A program made the translations under genes and the position numbers. Of a stretch of 64,000 bases of DNA, positions 62,841 through 64,000 are shown piece after piece; the stretch's first letter is position 1, and the number at the start of each line of letters is the position of its first letter. The notes under the pieces were generated by a model. That model did not search any database. It was given only the letters and a program-made list of their open reading frames with translations, and had not been told where the DNA came from. Source of the stretch: Dehalococcoidia bacterium (lineage in GTDB: Bacteria > Chloroflexota > Dehalococcoidia > Plut-88900); the NCBI GenBank assembly GCA_965207225.1, contig CBDBLV010000001.1, positions 32,001 to 96,000 on the forward strand, written 5' to 3'.

Positions 62841-63629
62841 TTGAAAATCCTCGTAACCAACGACGACGGCATCTCCTCCCCCGGCCTCTGGGCCCTCGCC
62901 GAGAGCCTTAAGAAGGTCGGCGAAGTCGTAGTCGTCGCCCCCGACAGGCAGCAGAGTGGCGTCGGCAGTTCTGTGACCCTCCACCACGCAGTCCGCATGG
63001 CCCCGACTATGTTCAACCGCGACGGCATCAAGTCCTACGCCGTCGAGGGCACCCCCGGCGACAGCGTCATCCTCGCCACCGAAAAGCTCGTCAAAGGCCC
63101 CATCGACCTTCTGGTCTCGGGCATCAATACCGGCTCCAACATGGGCAACGATGTCTTTGTCTCCGGGACCGTCGGGGCCGCCTTCCACGGCTTCTTCCGC
63201 GGCATCACGTCCATGGCCGTCTCCGTCACCGCTCTCTACGACGTCCACTTCGAACCCGCCGCCCGAGTCGCCTACCTCCTCGCCCTCAAGGCCCGGGACG
63301 GCCTCTTCCCGCCCCGAGCCCTCATCAACGTCAACGTCCCCAACAAGCCCCTCTCCCAGCTCAAGGGCCTCCGGGTCACCCGACTCGCCGACGGCTCCTA
63401 CACCGAGGTTGTCGACGAAGGCAACGATCCCCGACGCCTCTACTACTGGATCAACCGCTCCCGTCCCAACTGGACATCCCAGCCCGGCACCGACATCTGG
63501 GCTGCAGAAAACGACCTCATCTCCATCACCCCTCTACACAACGACGTCACCGCTCACTCATCCCTCCCCAACTTGACCGGCCTCACCGACAATATATTCC
63601 ATGACCTCCGCAACGGCCTGGAGAAGTAG
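62841..63629 (+). CDS. surE: 5'/3'-nucleotidase SurE
   Basis: ILVTNDDG, VAP..QSG, GTPGDSV, VSGIN.G.N, SGTVGAA. Confidence 0.95.
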   Translation: MKILVTNDDGISSPGLWALAESLKKVGEVVVVAPDRQQSGVGSSVTLHHAVRMAPTMFNRDGIKSYAVEGTPGDSVILATEKLVKGPIDLLVSGINTGSNMGNDVFVSGTVGAAFHGFFRGITSMAVSVTALYDVHFEPAARVAYLLALKARDGLFPPRALINVNVPNKPLSQLKGLRVTRLADGSYTEVVDEGNDPRRLYYWINRSRPNWTSQPGTDIWAAENDLISITPLHNDVTAHSSLPNLTGLTDNIFHDLRNGLEK

Positions 63630-63696
63630 TTCATCTTTCGGCCTCCGAGCCGGAACCTATCTCTGGGCAGGGCGGGGGTGAAGTCCTGCCCCCTCT

Positions 63697-63816
63697 CCCC
63701 AGTACCAAACTAGAGGCATACGCCTGCGCCGAGGCGCAGGCGTATGCCTCTGTTTTTTCCTCCCCCTCTCCCTTAAAGGCCCTAAGGGAGAGGGGGATCG
63801 AGGGGGTGAGGGTTCC
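63697..63816 (+). repeat. CAGTAC variable-hairpin repeat, copy I
   Basis: Hairpin GAGGCATACGCCTGCGCC-GA-GGCGCAGGCGTATGCCTC. Confidence 0.85.
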
Positions 63817-63892
63817 TCCGGTGGCGTGGGGTGATTTGAGATATCCCGCAACCCGCGATACCCTTCTTCATATCCCTCCGGAGGTAACCACC

Positions 63893-64000
63893 ATGGCCCC
63901 CGAAATCCAAGGCTACTCAGACTTCATAGACATGCTTCTGGAAAAAGCCGACTCCCACGCCGCATCTCTGTCAACCGACGCCCTTAACTGGCAACCCCTG
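63893..64000 (+). CDS. Partial CDS, possibly DinB-like; runs off the window
   Basis: SD GGAGG then MAPEIQGYSDFIDMLLEKADSHAASLSTDALNWQPL; LS...LNWxP is common in DinB proteins. Confidence 0.5.
   Translation, partial: MAPEIQGYSDFIDMLLEKADSHAASLSTDALNWQPL

Overview
High-GC bacterial chromosomal window. The gene content (T-box-regulated trp operon, split transketolase, expanded SDR/MaoC/amidohydrolase paralogs) suggests Chloroflexota/Dehalococcoidia, SAR202-like; this is an inference. Housekeeping genes are argC, nth, tldD/E, uvrA, hpt, trpEGDCFB, tkt, panBC, surE and tRNA-Glu. Accessory content is two IS elements (IS481, IS21), HicAB, VapBC, a Fic protein, a HEPN protein and a DUF2075 nuclease-helicase. 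The intergenic DNA is densely patterned. (1) Three copies of an apparently undescribed non-coding unit: a near-consensus sigma70 promoter, a Shine-Dalgarno-like motif with no start codon, a conserved leader, a conserved closing inverted repeat (GGCGATGGAA...TTCCATCGCC) around a 300-460 nt interior that differs between copies but is hairpin-rich, and an A/C-rich tail. (2) Each unit is preceded by a ~120 bp repeat (9 co-oriented copies) whose central hairpin changes sequence while keeping its pairing. Other highlights are four tandem 277-aa double-EctC (ectoine synthase-like) genes behind an EutD/DoeA-like hydrolase with no ectAB, five SDR paralogs inside a Trp T-box operon that lacks trpA, and a collagen plus 4x Cache lipoprotein with no signalling output.
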